The notes beneath the pieces are model-generated. The model worked only from the letters and a program-made list of their open reading frames with translations. It searched no databases and had not been told where the DNA came from. This document shows, in pieces, positions 1 through 10,059 of a stretch of DNA of 60,384 nucleotides. The stretch is from the IMG/VR virus record IMGVR_UViG_3300027985_001690, one strand, 5' to 3'. The translations under genes and the position numbers were made by a program. Origin of the DNA: an uncultured virus (IMG/VR IMGVR_UViG_3300027985_001690) (Duplodnaviria; Heunggongvirae; Uroviricota; Caudoviricetes). Position 1 is the first letter of the stretch, and every line of letters starts with the position of its first letter.

Positions 1-531
1 GGCGCACCGTCCAGCGTTGGTACGTCGAACCAGACCGGAACGGCGTCTACGGTGTCCGCCTCGGACCACGTCCACGACCACGGCGCCCAAATAGAGCCAA
101 CGCATCATGCGGTGGCGACGGGTGCCAACAACGGATTCATGTCGGCCACGGACAAGACCAAGTTGGATTTGCTCGCGGCGGCATCCGCATCGGACGCGGC
201 TGGATCTGTGAACACAGCTTCTCTGGTCGACGTGCTCATGTCGGGAATGACCCAAACGCCCGTCGCCGGCACCTATGAGGTTTGGTTCGGCGCCGACGTA
301 TCAAACAACACCGCGAACCAGTCCGTTTACGCAAACATCTACGTGGGAGGGGTGAAGGTAGCCGCGTCCGAGCGCCCGTTCTTCCGAGGGCCCGTGGCCG
401 CTCGAGGATGTTTGACGTGCCTCGCCAGGGTCACGGTCACCGGCGTCGAAGCCATCGAAGGCAGGTGGAGGGTCAGCGGAGGGACAGGAGACGCGCTTGG
501 CCGGCAGCTCCACGTGGTTCGCGTTCAGTAG
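1..531 (+). CDS. Fibre/spike-like protein, 5' partial
   Basis: Frame open from base 1; SDHVH and GFMSATDKTKLD motifs typical of phage fibre shafts, followed by a beta-rich C-terminal domain. Confidence 0.6.
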   Translation, partial: GAPSSVGTSNQTGTASTVSASDHVHDHGAQIEPTHHAVATGANNGFMSATDKTKLDLLAAASASDAAGSVNTASLVDVLMSGMTQTPVAGTYEVWFGADVSNNTANQSVYANIYVGGVKVAASERPFFRGPVAARGCLTCLARVTVTGVEAIEGRWRVSGGTGDALGRQLHVVRVQ

Positions 532-699
532 GTGTCAGAAACGGGTCTCGATCCACGTCTGGTGGGCATGACCACGTCGGACGAGTTCTTCCACTTCGGT
601 ACGCCGGACGTGCCGGACTGCGGTCCGTTGGTGTGCCTGCTGCACGCGTGGCTGGACACGATGGGTGGATGCGATCGTATTCGCGGGTACGGGTACTAG
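532..699 (+). CDS. Small hypothetical protein (55 aa), in frame directly after the TAG of the upstream gene
   Basis: GTG..TAG, VSETGLDPRLVGMTTSDEFF...; GC3-rich codons; fills the gap to the convergent gene. Confidence 0.35.
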   Translation: MSETGLDPRLVGMTTSDEFFHFGTPDVPDCGPLVCLLHAWLDTMGGCDRIRGYGY

Positions 700-1436
700 A
701 GCCCGGGGTACCCAGGGCCCTTGGGAAGGTACCACTCGGCCTCCGGGTCGAACTCCAGGAGCCCCACCCGCACGACCCCCCACACTCTTCGCATGGGCGC
801 GCCCGCGCTTTCGACCCACAGGCGCCCTTGGGCGTCCCGATGGAAGCTCCTGTTGGTCCTCTTGACCGGGCCTCGGCCACCATCGATTGTGACCATCGTT
901 CCGTCCTTGGGGCCGATCTTCTCAACGAGTGTGGCGTGCCCGGGGGTTCCCCACTGCTGGATGATCTTGGACCGCTGCGGAGAGTCGTAGGGAACGTCGG
1001 TGCCGATGATGACGATGTCGCCCTCGTCGAAGTCCGAGTCGTGTCCGCCCCAGCACGGCTTGGGCCTGTTCTCGACAGGAATGTCCTCGGACGGCTTGTA
1101 GCTCCTTGCGATGACCTCGATCCGGGTGAACGCGTCGTTTCGTCCCCAGTACGGTGGCGCGAGAAGGTGGTGCCTGCAGCCCGCGCAGCGCATCCACCCG
1201 GCGACGGTGAGGGCGCACATCTCCTGGGATGCCGCCATCGTCCTCTGGTGCTTCACGGTGTCGCCCGGATAGCACAGGCCGAGGTAAATGCCCGATGCCG
1301 GCGAAAGCCCTACGCCAGACCGGGCGATCTGGACGAACGTCTTTCGGATGTCCTCTGGGCTCGAGCCCGCGAGGTACTGGCCTTGCGGCTCGAACCCAGG
1401 GGGCGGCCACCATTCAACGATTTGCTTGGATTCCAT
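696..1436 (-). CDS. CHAP/NlpC-P60-like peptidoglycan hydrolase
   Basis: MCALTV Cys motif, GDIVII, GHATLV His motif, VTIDGG; AGGAG RBS. Confidence 0.6.
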   Translation of the reverse strand: MESKQIVEWWPPPGFEPQGQYLAGSSPEDIRKTFVQIARSGVGLSPASGIYLGLCYPGDTVKHQRTMAASQEMCALTVAGWMRCAGCRHHLLAPPYWGRNDAFTRIEVIARSYKPSEDIPVENRPKPCWGGHDSDFDEGDIVIIGTDVPYDSPQRSKIIQQWGTPGHATLVEKIGPKDGTMVTIDGGRGPVKRTNRSFHRDAQGRLWVESAGAPMRRVWGVVRVGLLEFDPEAEWYLPKGPGYPGL

Positions 1437-1490
1437 GTGGTGTCTCCTGATGGAGATCTACCACGTCGAGGATGAATTCGCGATCAGGAA

Positions 1491-3314
1491 TCAGCCCGCT
1501 TCGAGAGACATCGAAAGGTCGGCGGCGAGCGCGCCGCTGGACACCACCTCGAACGATACTTCGTCGCCGGGGTTCACCAGAACGGCGTGAGTCACGTCGG
1601 ACTTCGTCACATCGGCGGGTCCGAACGTAACCGTCAGCGCAGTTGGAACGCCGTTCACATGCACCGTTACGATGACGGTGTCCGCTCCACCGGGGGCCGT
1701 ACCCAGCCTGCATTGTAGGTTGCGCGCGAAGCTTCGGTTTGTCACTACGATCGGAAGGTCGTCCGTCGCGCTCGAGGTGAAATCCGGCAACGCAAAAACC
1801 GTCACTGCGCCGATTGCGCCCTTGATGCCGGTGACGCGGGATCCGATGGCAGCCGTCTGGTAGTCGCCGTCGCCGATGCGAATGTCCCAGTGCGGATCGT
1901 AGACGGGCGTGTCGGTGTCGAGCTCGATGTCCAGGTTGCCAAGAGGCTGCAGACGAACGGTCTTCTCTGTGACCGTGTTATCCCTGTCGAAGACGGCTAG
2001 ATGGGTTGATTGGCTCACAAGAGCCAGAAGGGAGGATGTAATAATGCCCCTTAGCTTCTTGGTGTCCGTCAGTTTGAATGTACACCATCCGGAAAGAGCG
2101 ATCGCGGTATCCACAGTTCCGAACAGGTACACATCGGTGTTGGAGTCGAACATCGAGTGTTTGTCAACCGAGCACAAAAACAATCCGGATGCAACTCCAG
2201 GTATGCCTGCGTCAAGCGTCAGTTCTCTACCATTCACAAGGACGATGCCACCAAATGACATACTCAATGTTCTACACGCACCACCGGTGAACTCTAGATA
2301 CGAATCCAGGTTATACGCTCTCGTTATCAGGTTGTCGACTGCCCGCAACTCCGTACTGCTTCTGAGGTAGTACATTCTACACGATAGGATGTGGGTCTTG
2401 CCCCCCGCCCCATCCCCGAAGTGGACACCGGGAAACACGTTTTGCAGTTCAGAATCCAGGTATCCAATGTTCAGCTGTCCATCGTAACCGAAGGTTGAGC
2501 TATAGAATACGGAAGGCATTTCTTGCACTTCAAACGTATCCCCTGGCGCAGGGGTCGCCGTGGACGGAAACCCATATACTTGGTTGCAAATGGTAGTGAC
2601 GCGAGAGTCTCCTCCCCCAAGGTCCTCCATCACCCAGCAACCCATGCCGGCGGCGGCGCCCGACGTGAACAGCACATGCTTGTGCAAAACGTCGGCGACT
2701 GTCCAAGTCGCGTCGGACAAGTGGCCTGGGTTGTTCGCAGCCGCATCCTTCGAGTAGGCGACCACCTCGCCCGTCTGAAGGACTGTGGGCACGCCCTCGA
2801 TCGTCAAGGTCTTTCCGCCGCAGTTCATGCCGACCAAATCGGTGGCGGCGAGGGAGCTCACGATGTAGATGGTCATGTCGACGAGCACGCCGATGGGCTC
2901 GACGCGCCGGCGGGCTTCGGCGAAGGTCGCCAGAGGCACCAGGGCGGTCGCGCCGGTGTTCTCGTCGTTGCCGGTCAACGGGTCGACGTACCACGTGGCC
3001 TGGGAGCCCCACACGGCGTTCGGCTGCAGGTCTCGGATCCACCGACCGTCTCCGGACATGGTTGCCACCACGGTGATGTTGTCGACCACCGCCGCACTGG
3101 TCTTGTCCAGGTGGAAGGTGTCCTTGACCGTCCGAACGAACTTGCTCGAGCCGTCGGGAATGCGCGTGTCATCGACGGTCGCGAACCCCGCGATGTTGGC
3201 GAGCGAGTCGATCTGCCATCCGATGAGGAGGGCAATCAGCCTGACAATGTTGTTGATCAGCTGCTGGACGGCGTTGCCGACGCGTCCTCCATGTTGCGGA
3301 ACGGGGATGTTCAT
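1491..3314 (-). CDS. Putative receptor-binding spike, paralog A (607 aa)
   Basis: WYVDPLTGNDENTG...PLATFAEA beta-helix cap motif; paralog of 4414-6258. Confidence 0.6.
   Translation of the reverse strand: MNIPVPQHGGRVGNAVQQLINNIVRLIALLIGWQIDSLANIAGFATVDDTRIPDGSSKFVRTVKDTFHLDKTSAAVVDNITVVATMSGDGRWIRDLQPNAVWGSQATWYVDPLTGNDENTGATALVPLATFAEARRRVEPIGVLVDMTIYIVSSLAATDLVGMNCGGKTLTIEGVPTVLQTGEVVAYSKDAAANNPGHLSDATWTVADVLHKHVLFTSGAAAGMGCWVMEDLGGGDSRVTTICNQVYGFPSTATPAPGDTFEVQEMPSVFYSSTFGYDGQLNIGYLDSELQNVFPGVHFGDGAGGKTHILSCRMYYLRSSTELRAVDNLITRAYNLDSYLEFTGGACRTLSMSFGGIVLVNGRELTLDAGIPGVASGLFLCSVDKHSMFDSNTDVYLFGTVDTAIALSGWCTFKLTDTKKLRGIITSSLLALVSQSTHLAVFDRDNTVTEKTVRLQPLGNLDIELDTDTPVYDPHWDIRIGDGDYQTAAIGSRVTGIKGAIGAVTVFALPDFTSSATDDLPIVVTNRSFARNLQCRLGTAPGGADTVIVTVHVNGVPTALTVTFGPADVTKSDVTHAVLVNPGDEVSFEVVSSGALAADLSMSLEAG
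1894..2003. repeat. 110-bp block identical to 4847-4956 (3' side of the variable region of the spike paralogs)
   Basis: Direct sequence comparison. Confidence 0.85.
2956..3089. repeat. 134-bp block identical to 5900-6033 (5' side of the variable region of the spike paralogs)
   Basis: Direct sequence comparison. Confidence 0.85.
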
Positions 3315-4126
3315 CTGGACCTACTTTCCTCTCGACGCTTTTGGGTCACGTACGGATTTCTTTGTGGAACCGAGTACACGAGCAGCCCGATCCCAAGAAC
3401 AACGGCTGCGGCGATGCCTGCCACCGCGAGCACAGATCCTGTCGTTGGTGTCCCGAACGGCTCTTCTTCCTCGACCGGTGTTGGTTGGCTTGTCGGTTGG
3501 AATGATGCGGATCTGTCCGCCGCGTTGGGTGGGGACTCCGATAGTTGCTTGGTGACGTCCGGTCCGAACTTGTACGTCGCCCACTCGATGAGCTTTCCGA
3601 ACTCGGCGATCTCATCTGGGGTCGGAAACGTCTCCGGAACAACCCGCTTGCTCTGGCAGTATTTCCGATCGAACTCGTGGAAGTCCCAGAACACCGTCTG
3701 GTCGACCTTCTGGTCGCTCTCGCAGCAGTACCGAGTGAAACTTCCATCGGATGCGGCCCATCCAGCGAACGTCGGGTACCACGCGTAGACCTCGCCGCGG
3801 CGCAGCTGGTCCATGATGATCTGCTGGTCGTACGCGTTGTGGCCGAAGAACCACCGACAGAACTCGGCCCACCGGCACCAGTCCACAGCCTGCCCCCTCG
3901 GCCTCGAGGTGAACGAGTACCTAGGGTCCGCAGACACGGCCTCAAGTAGTACGTTCAGGAGGAACTCGTAGTGGGGGGCGACCGCGGGGCCGAGTACCTC
4001 TACCTGGCGGATCTTGGCGACCTTGATCGCTCGCCCCCAGTCGTCCTGGGTCTTCCAGAAGTCGAACTGCTGGTCCTGCGGTAGCTCTTGGGCGGTGCCG
4101 TTGGTCAAGAACATCATGGTCGTCAC
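3311..4126 (-). CDS. Hypothetical protein with C-terminal TM helix and basic tail
   Basis: VLAVAGIAAAVVLGIGLLVY followed by PQRNP...KRREESRSR. Confidence 0.75.
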   Translation of the reverse strand: MTTMMFLTNGTAQELPQDQQFDFWKTQDDWGRAIKVAKIRQVEVLGPAVAPHYEFLLNVLLEAVSADPRYSFTSRPRGQAVDWCRWAEFCRWFFGHNAYDQQIIMDQLRRGEVYAWYPTFAGWAASDGSFTRYCCESDQKVDQTVFWDFHEFDRKYCQSKRVVPETFPTPDEIAEFGKLIEWATYKFGPDVTKQLSESPPNAADRSASFQPTSQPTPVEEEEPFGTPTTGSVLAVAGIAAAVVLGIGLLVYSVPQRNPYVTQKRREESRSR

Positions 4127-4417
4127 CTACGAGATGAAGGATTGCAGCATGGTCAGGTTCATGGTCCCAACGTGGCGCTTGGCCTCGGATCCGTTGCGGA
4201 GGAGGATGAGGGTGGGCACCGACGAGACCGCGAACCTCTTCGTGAGGTTGGGACACCGGTTGACGTCCACTACCAGGACATCGACGGAGGTGAACTCGGC
4301 GAGGACCTTACGCATTGTCTGGCAGGGCCCGCACCAGGATGCCGAGAACTCCACCAGAACGGTCCCGGAAGTCTTGACCAGCTGGTCGAACGTGGGTTCG
4401 GTTGCTTCGATCATCAT
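4127..4417 (-). CDS. trxA: Thioredoxin
   Basis: VEFSASWCGPC active site, cis-Pro motif SVPTL, 96 aa. Confidence 0.92.
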   Translation of the reverse strand: MMIEATEPTFDQLVKTSGTVLVEFSASWCGPCQTMRKVLAEFTSVDVLVVDVNRCPNLTKRFAVSSVPTLILLRNGSEAKRHVGTMNLTMLQSFIS

Positions 4418-6258
4418 CCGACCTCGAGGGAAGCGGACAGGTCAGCCGCGACGAATCCGCCGTTGTTGCTGTTGACGATGTTGATGGAAACAACGTCGCC
4501 GGGGTTTACCAGGACGGCGTGCGTAACGTCGGCGATGTCCGTGTTTGCTGGCGCCACTGCGCCGCTGTTCAAGGTCGCGGTGATCGCCGTGGGCGCCCCG
4601 TTCACATAGACCGTGCCGACGACGGTCTCCCCCGCCGCCGGCGCCGCCGCGGTGCCGAGGTGCAAACGCAGGTTTCGAGCGAAGCTCCTGTTCGTCACGA
4701 CGAACGGAATCTCGGTGGCGCCCTCGGTCAAGTCAGGGAGAGCGAAGACGTTGGCTCCGGGGGTCAACGCGCCTTTGACGCCGCAGTCCTTGGAGCCGAT
4801 GGCAGCTGTTTGGTAGTCGCCGTCGCCGATGCGGATGTCCCAGTGGGGATCGTAGACGGGCGTGTCGGTGTCGAGCTCGATGTCCAGGTTGCCAAGAGGC
4901 TGCAGACGAACGGTCTTCTCTGTGACCGTGTTATCCCTGTCGAAGACGGCTAGATGAGTTGATTGGTATAGGGTCGCCAGACGCGCCGTCGTCGGAACGC
5001 CACGCAGCTTTGTTCCATCGGACAACTTTAGCGTTCCCCATCCTGTCATTGAAATCGCGTCTACCGTTGGGGCTCCATTGAACAGGTAAATGTCCGAAAC
5101 GGAGTCGATGATCGAGTTCTTGTCTACCGAGACAAGAGGTATAGAGAACGGAAGAAGCTGGACGTTGCCGTCTGCGGTGATTTCTCTGGAGCCTATCTGA
5201 GCAAATGAGGACCGTACGGCGCTGACCTGTTGGAATCCGCCACCGTCTATGGATAGGTAACCGCTCCTGCTCCCAACGAATCCAGATAGGCAATCGACCA
5301 CTGTCATGTTGTCCCCGCCGTATATGGAAGTAATGGAGCATGACAGGATCGATGTCTGTGGGTCAAAACCTACATTCCAACCGAATGCACCCACGTAACT
5401 TAGGTACGCCACCTGGGCGACACCGTTGTACCTGACTACCTTGTCGAACACGACTGATGGCAGCTCCTGTACAACGAAAGTGTCTCCACCTACCGGAACA
5501 GCGGTTCCTGGGTTTGAATACACATTGTTACAGATCGTAGTCACGCGAGAATCTCCACCTCCTAGGTCCTCCATCACCCAGCAGCCCATGCCGGCGGCGA
5601 CGCCCGAGGTAAACAGCACGTGCTTGTGCAGGACGTCGGCGACGGTCCACCCGGCGTCCGAAAGGTGACCAGGATTGTTTGCCGCCGCATCCTTCGAATA
5701 CGCCAGAACCTCGCCGGCCCACAAGACGGTCGGCAGCCCCTGGATGGTGAGAAGCTCCCCTCCACAGTTCATGCCCACGAGATCGGTCGCAGCCAGGCTG
5801 CTGACGATGTAAATGGTCGTGGCGACGAGCACGCCGACGGGCTCGAGCCGCCGGCGGGCCTCGGCGAAGGTCGCCAGAGGCACCAGGGCGGTCGCGCCTG
5901 TGTTCTCGTCGTTGCCGGTCAACGGGTCGACGTACCACGTGGCCTGGGAGCCCCACACGGCGTTCGGCTGCAGGTCTCGGATCCACCGACCGTCTCCGGA
6001 CATGGTTGCCACCACGGTGATGTTGTCGACCACAGCCGCGGAGGTCTTGTCCAGATGGAAGGTGTCCTTGACCGTTCGCACGAACTTGCCGGAACCGTCG
6101 GGGATTCGCGTGTCGTCGACGGTGGCGAACGCCGCGATGTTGGACACCGAGTCGATCTGCCATCCGATGAGGAGGGCGATCAGCCTGACGATGTAGTTGA
6201 TCAGCTGTTGGACGGCTGTTCCAACAACAGAGCCGTGCTGCGGTACCGGGATGTTCAT
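4414..6258 (-). CDS. Putative receptor-binding spike, paralog B (614 aa)
   Basis: Near-identical N-terminal ~245 aa and a shared late block with 1491-3314; divergent middle. Confidence 0.6.
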   Translation of the reverse strand: MNIPVPQHGSVVGTAVQQLINYIVRLIALLIGWQIDSVSNIAAFATVDDTRIPDGSGKFVRTVKDTFHLDKTSAAVVDNITVVATMSGDGRWIRDLQPNAVWGSQATWYVDPLTGNDENTGATALVPLATFAEARRRLEPVGVLVATTIYIVSSLAATDLVGMNCGGELLTIQGLPTVLWAGEVLAYSKDAAANNPGHLSDAGWTVADVLHKHVLFTSGVAAGMGCWVMEDLGGGDSRVTTICNNVYSNPGTAVPVGGDTFVVQELPSVVFDKVVRYNGVAQVAYLSYVGAFGWNVGFDPQTSILSCSITSIYGGDNMTVVDCLSGFVGSRSGYLSIDGGGFQQVSAVRSSFAQIGSREITADGNVQLLPFSIPLVSVDKNSIIDSVSDIYLFNGAPTVDAISMTGWGTLKLSDGTKLRGVPTTARLATLYQSTHLAVFDRDNTVTEKTVRLQPLGNLDIELDTDTPVYDPHWDIRIGDGDYQTAAIGSKDCGVKGALTPGANVFALPDLTEGATEIPFVVTNRSFARNLRLHLGTAAAPAAGETVVGTVYVNGAPTAITATLNSGAVAPANTDIADVTHAVLVNPGDVVSINIVNSNNGGFVAADLSASLEVG

Positions 6259-6268
6259 GCGTTTCTCC

Positions 6269-8080
6269 TCACAGCTGCGGCTCGTGGCCCAGCCCGATGT
6301 AGGTTTGAGTTCCGTTGGCGTTCTGCACGGTCAGCGTGACCGGCAGCGCGTTGGTTCGGACCTCGACTTGGTAGGTTCCGGCCTCGGGTAGCGTTCCACC
6401 ACAACTCGGTGGACCCACCAGGCTTATCTCTGGCAGAGTCGTGTCCACCCAGACGTCGACGTACGGGCTCGAGTTGCCCAGGATGTCCACGCGGAGCCTC
6501 GTCGGGCTATCGAGCCGTCCAAGGCCATCCTCGTAGCTCTCCGGGAGGGTTGCGCCCACGAACTGAACCTCGTTCGAGGGGCATACCGTCTGAACGTCCG
6601 TCACAACCGAAGTCGCCGTTTCCGTCAGATCGTGCCCCATGCGACCAGTGAACAGCTTCGCCGATGATCCTGCGGCGGCGTCCGTGCAAGCCACCACCGT
6701 GTACTGCGCGCCATCCTTCGACGGATTGGTATCTCGCCTGGGGGCGTGCAGCGACGTGTACGCGAGCACCCTCCTCGAGATGTCGGCGGCGAGCTCGAGC
6801 GGACTTCCACCGATTGGGTCGACGATTTGGATGGTCGGCCCGGTCAACTCGCGGCACCGAGCTCCCTGAATGGTCTTGGTCGTCGAGTTCCGAACCCCGT
6901 CGTAGAGCGACACCCTGATGTCGAAGTACCCGGGACCGGGACACGGCAGATCGAGGCAAGCGCCGTTCGGCGACTGCGTGTTGTCGGTGCACGTGATCAG
7001 TGGGTCGCTCGGGCACGGGCACGAGATGTCACCCCCGCACACGGAGGACGGTGCCGGCGGCTCCTCGCCGGACGAGGTCCAGAACGAGGATGCTCCGCTC
7101 GACACCGCGGGGACGCACACCGGGCTCGAGGTACCAACCGCCGCACACAGGTTCTCCTTGGCCGACTTGAGGTCGGGGGAAAGGTCGAGCGCGTCCGAGG
7201 ACGTGGTCGAAGCGCACACGCGGATGGTCCCACCCGTCACGGTCGACTTCGATTCTGTGGGGGACAACGTCGTGAGTTGCGGTGGTTTCGTGTCCACGTT
7301 GACGAGGGACCTCGTCGAGAATCCGAGCTGCTCGCCGTCGACGCACCGCAGGTACACCGAATGGTCGCCGTCGTCGGTGCCGATCGGAACCCCGTGGATC
7401 GTGAACCAGTCCCCGCCCGTGGGCCGGACGGTCTCGCCGATCTTGGCGTCGTCCACGAGCACCTCGATGGTGGAGCCGACCGGCGCGGACGTTTGGCCGT
7501 TGATCCTGTACTGGTATGGAGAGCCTGGGCTGCTGACGCGGTCCCCGCCCCCCCACTTGGTCCAGGTGGAGTCCTGAGTGTTGGCGCCGGCGTCCAGCTC
7601 GTGGGGGTTGCCGTTCAGGCCGGGGGTGTCCGGACTCCACGTGGGCCCGAGCATCCTGCATTGGATTCCGCAGTCGACGTTGATGGCGGACACCGCGCGA
7701 GCTCCCTGGATCTTGACGACCAGCACGTGCCTGTCCTTCGTCCCCAGCATGACGCCAGGGAACACGGCCCTCCCCGCGGCGACCGTCGTCTCTGCGACGC
7801 GCAGCCCGTTGGCTGCAAGGGTGGCCTCCGTACCGTCGACGGCGTTGGTTTGCACCGTGACGTCGGTCGTGAATCCGTTCGCGCATCCGTCGAAGTCCGT
7901 CGTCCATGTCGACTCGTCCGCGGGCTGTAGGATGAGGGCGCCGACGCCCGTCGAGTCCACCGATGAGACGTAGTATACGCCGGTGGCCGCGCCGGCGAGG
8001 GCGACGGTCGCCGCGACAAGGATCGAAGCGTGCTTCTGGAGCCGCTGGAACGGCGTGGTCAGAAACGATCGGGTAGTCAT
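6269..8080 (-). CDS. N-terminally anchored, Cys-rich protein with Ig-like beta domains
   Basis: Hydrophobic ILVAATVALAGAATGVYYV; VDTKPP/VDTTLP Ig-linker motifs; many Cys. Confidence 0.6.
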   Translation of the reverse strand: MTTRSFLTTPFQRLQKHASILVAATVALAGAATGVYYVSSVDSTGVGALILQPADESTWTTDFDGCANGFTTDVTVQTNAVDGTEATLAANGLRVAETTVAAGRAVFPGVMLGTKDRHVLVVKIQGARAVSAINVDCGIQCRMLGPTWSPDTPGLNGNPHELDAGANTQDSTWTKWGGGDRVSSPGSPYQYRINGQTSAPVGSTIEVLVDDAKIGETVRPTGGDWFTIHGVPIGTDDGDHSVYLRCVDGEQLGFSTRSLVNVDTKPPQLTTLSPTESKSTVTGGTIRVCASTTSSDALDLSPDLKSAKENLCAAVGTSSPVCVPAVSSGASSFWTSSGEEPPAPSSVCGGDISCPCPSDPLITCTDNTQSPNGACLDLPCPGPGYFDIRVSLYDGVRNSTTKTIQGARCRELTGPTIQIVDPIGGSPLELAADISRRVLAYTSLHAPRRDTNPSKDGAQYTVVACTDAAAGSSAKLFTGRMGHDLTETATSVVTDVQTVCPSNEVQFVGATLPESYEDGLGRLDSPTRLRVDILGNSSPYVDVWVDTTLPEISLVGPPSCGGTLPEAGTYQVEVRTNALPVTLTVQNANGTQTYIGLGHEPQL

Positions 8081-8419
8081 CGCCAGTACACCGTGATTTT
8101 CTGGGCAGACGTACCAGCCGCCACGATCGTCTTCGGGGCGATCCTATCCACGTCCCCTCCCTGGTATGTGATCGTCGGTGCTGTCATCGATGTAGACGAC
8201 GCTCAGCGTCCCACCGATGGCGACCCTGACCTGGAATGGGAGCTTGCCATCCCGGACAAGGTCAACGTCCTGGGCGAGCGGCCCGCTGTCCGCGAAGGTT
8301 TCGGTGAAGCTCGCTGGGGCGTACAGGTCGTAGACCACCTTCACGATATCGATCAGCTTGAACCACTGCTGTGCGATCGATAGGTCGTTTGCTTTGGGAG
8401 GGGACGGGAACTTGAACAT
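8077..8419 (-). pseudogene. Small spike-base/penton-like protein with a frameshift near 8175
   Basis: Shifted frame continues TITYQGGDVDRIAPKTIVAAGTSAQKITVYWR* and ends in an ATGA overlap with the next gene; resembles the RcGTA Rcc01079 spike-base family. Confidence 0.55.
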
Positions 8420-8428
8420 GGTGGAACC

Positions 8429-8767
8429 CTACCTGCAGGTGATGCTTGGGCAGAGACGCACGGCTTCCTTCGTTGTCGCTCGGTACACGCAATCGGTGTC
8501 GAACGGCATGATGCGATCCTCGAGGATCTTTTCGATCGATGGTTCGCACTCCGGCCTGCACTCCGAGCAGACCAGGTCGCACAGGCTGGCGCATGCGCAG
8601 TTGGCGGGCGTAGTGCAGACCGGGCGCGGCGCCGCATCCTCGACGACGTCCACCTCGACGTCCTGAGCTCCGGCGTCCTGGGTAGGGCCATCCGGAACGT
8701 CAGGGGGCACCGGGCATCCTGTCAGCATGAACAGCGACAGCGTCACAACGATGTAGATCTTCCTCAT
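8429..8767 (-). CDS. Cys-rich lipoprotein
   Basis: MRKIYIVVTLSLFMLTGC lipobox; DAG linker; multiple Cys. Confidence 0.75.
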   Translation of the reverse strand: MRKIYIVVTLSLFMLTGCPVPPDVPDGPTQDAGAQDVEVDVVEDAAPRPVCTTPANCACASLCDLVCSECRPECEPSIEKILEDRIMPFDTDCVYRATTKEAVRLCPSITCR

Positions 8768-9642
8768 GAGCTCACCACCTTGACGTCCATCACGAAAGCG
8801 CTCCATGCCTGCTTCAAGAAGCTCGTCTTGCACTGGTACCGACCCTTGCGACCCCACTTGGTACCCCAGGAGTTGGTCCCATCCCAGATGGTGGTGGACG
8901 TCGCGTCGCGGATGTACTTGTGCAGGAACGTGCAGTGACCGCCTCCGTACGGGTCGAAGAAGTCCTGTTCCCCGATCGGCGCGGAGTTGGCGCCGTAGAG
9001 CTCGAAGCTGCTCGAGACCCAGTTGCCAAGCGCGACGGTGTGGCCGGCGTCGAGCGCCAGCATGGCGTCGCGCTCAAAGGTGGGGGATGACGGGACGAGC
9101 TCGTACGCGCCTACGATGAGCCTCGTGGACGACTCCTCGATGTCCTCGAAGTCGATTCCGTCGGGATCCACCGCACCCTTCGGATCGCAGTCGCTGTTTC
9201 GCTCCTCGCCCTGGACGATGACCCTGGGGCCCATGGCCTGGACGCCGTATCTTCCGAGCACCACCGCGCCGGTCAGCAGCTGGGTGCCGACGTCGACCAA
9301 CGCAGGCATCTTCTCGACGGGCTTGCCCGGGTTGTCGTAGGCCCGATCGAGACGGAGGGCGAGTTGGTACCCAGTCTTCACCGATGGAACGAATGGCAGC
9401 GGGGTACCCTTGTACGCGAGCGTGGTGTACGCGGCGACAGGAACCCCGTTCATGACGCAGGAGCCGACGAGGTTCTGGTCGAGCACCTCCGGAAGGTACT
9501 TGCTCAAGTCCGCGCCGCCCGATGGTTCGACGCCAAGCTTGTTCCGAAGCGTCTGGAAGTCACCGACGTGAATGCCGAACTTGGACGCGCCGGCGAGGGC
9601 GCGACCGTTGCCGGGAAGAAGGCCTTTGGCAAACCGCCTCAT
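8764..9642 (-). CDS. Papain-like C1 family cysteine peptidase
   Basis: DQNLVGSC, GGGHC, NSWGTKWGRKG motifs; start at ATGA overlap. Confidence 0.88.
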   Translation of the reverse strand: MRRFAKGLLPGNGRALAGASKFGIHVGDFQTLRNKLGVEPSGGADLSKYLPEVLDQNLVGSCVMNGVPVAAYTTLAYKGTPLPFVPSVKTGYQLALRLDRAYDNPGKPVEKMPALVDVGTQLLTGAVVLGRYGVQAMGPRVIVQGEERNSDCDPKGAVDPDGIDFEDIEESSTRLIVGAYELVPSSPTFERDAMLALDAGHTVALGNWVSSSFELYGANSAPIGEQDFFDPYGGGHCTFLHKYIRDATSTTIWDGTNSWGTKWGRKGRYQCKTSFLKQAWSAFVMDVKVVSS

Positions 9643-10049
9643 CGGGTCACCACCAGGGGCGGGGTCACCAACGGCTGGCCGTTCGGTCCGGTCATCGCCG
9701 CGACGAACGGAGCGATCTTGGTCCAGATCGCGATGAAGTTGGCGAATAGCGCCTGGTTGTCGAGAGCTTTGCAGACGGCGTCGATGTCCGAGAGCTTGTC
9801 GGCCACCTCGCGAAGCGCTTCTCTCGCCTCTTGTACGTAGGCAAGCGCCTCCTTGCGCACGGTGTCGTTCGAGATGTGGGAAATGACGTTCTCGGCCTGC
9901 TGCAGCGACAGCGATGCGTCGGATGCGAGGGCGTTGGCCGTGGCTCGCTCGGCGACGGTCTTGACGCAAGCGTCCTTGGGAGCGAAACAACCCATGGAGC
10001 TCGACGCCGCAAGCAGACTTCCGATGATCACAAACTTCGAAATTCTCAT
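9639..10049 (-). CDS. Helical lipoprotein
   Basis: MRISKFVIIGSLLAASSSMGC lipoprotein-like signal; GGAG RBS. Confidence 0.65.
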   Translation of the reverse strand: MRISKFVIIGSLLAASSSMGCFAPKDACVKTVAERATANALASDASLSLQQAENVISHISNDTVRKEALAYVQEAREALREVADKLSDIDAVCKALDNQALFANFIAIWTKIAPFVAAMTGPNGQPLVTPPLVVTR

Positions 10050-10059
10050 GTTGATCTCC

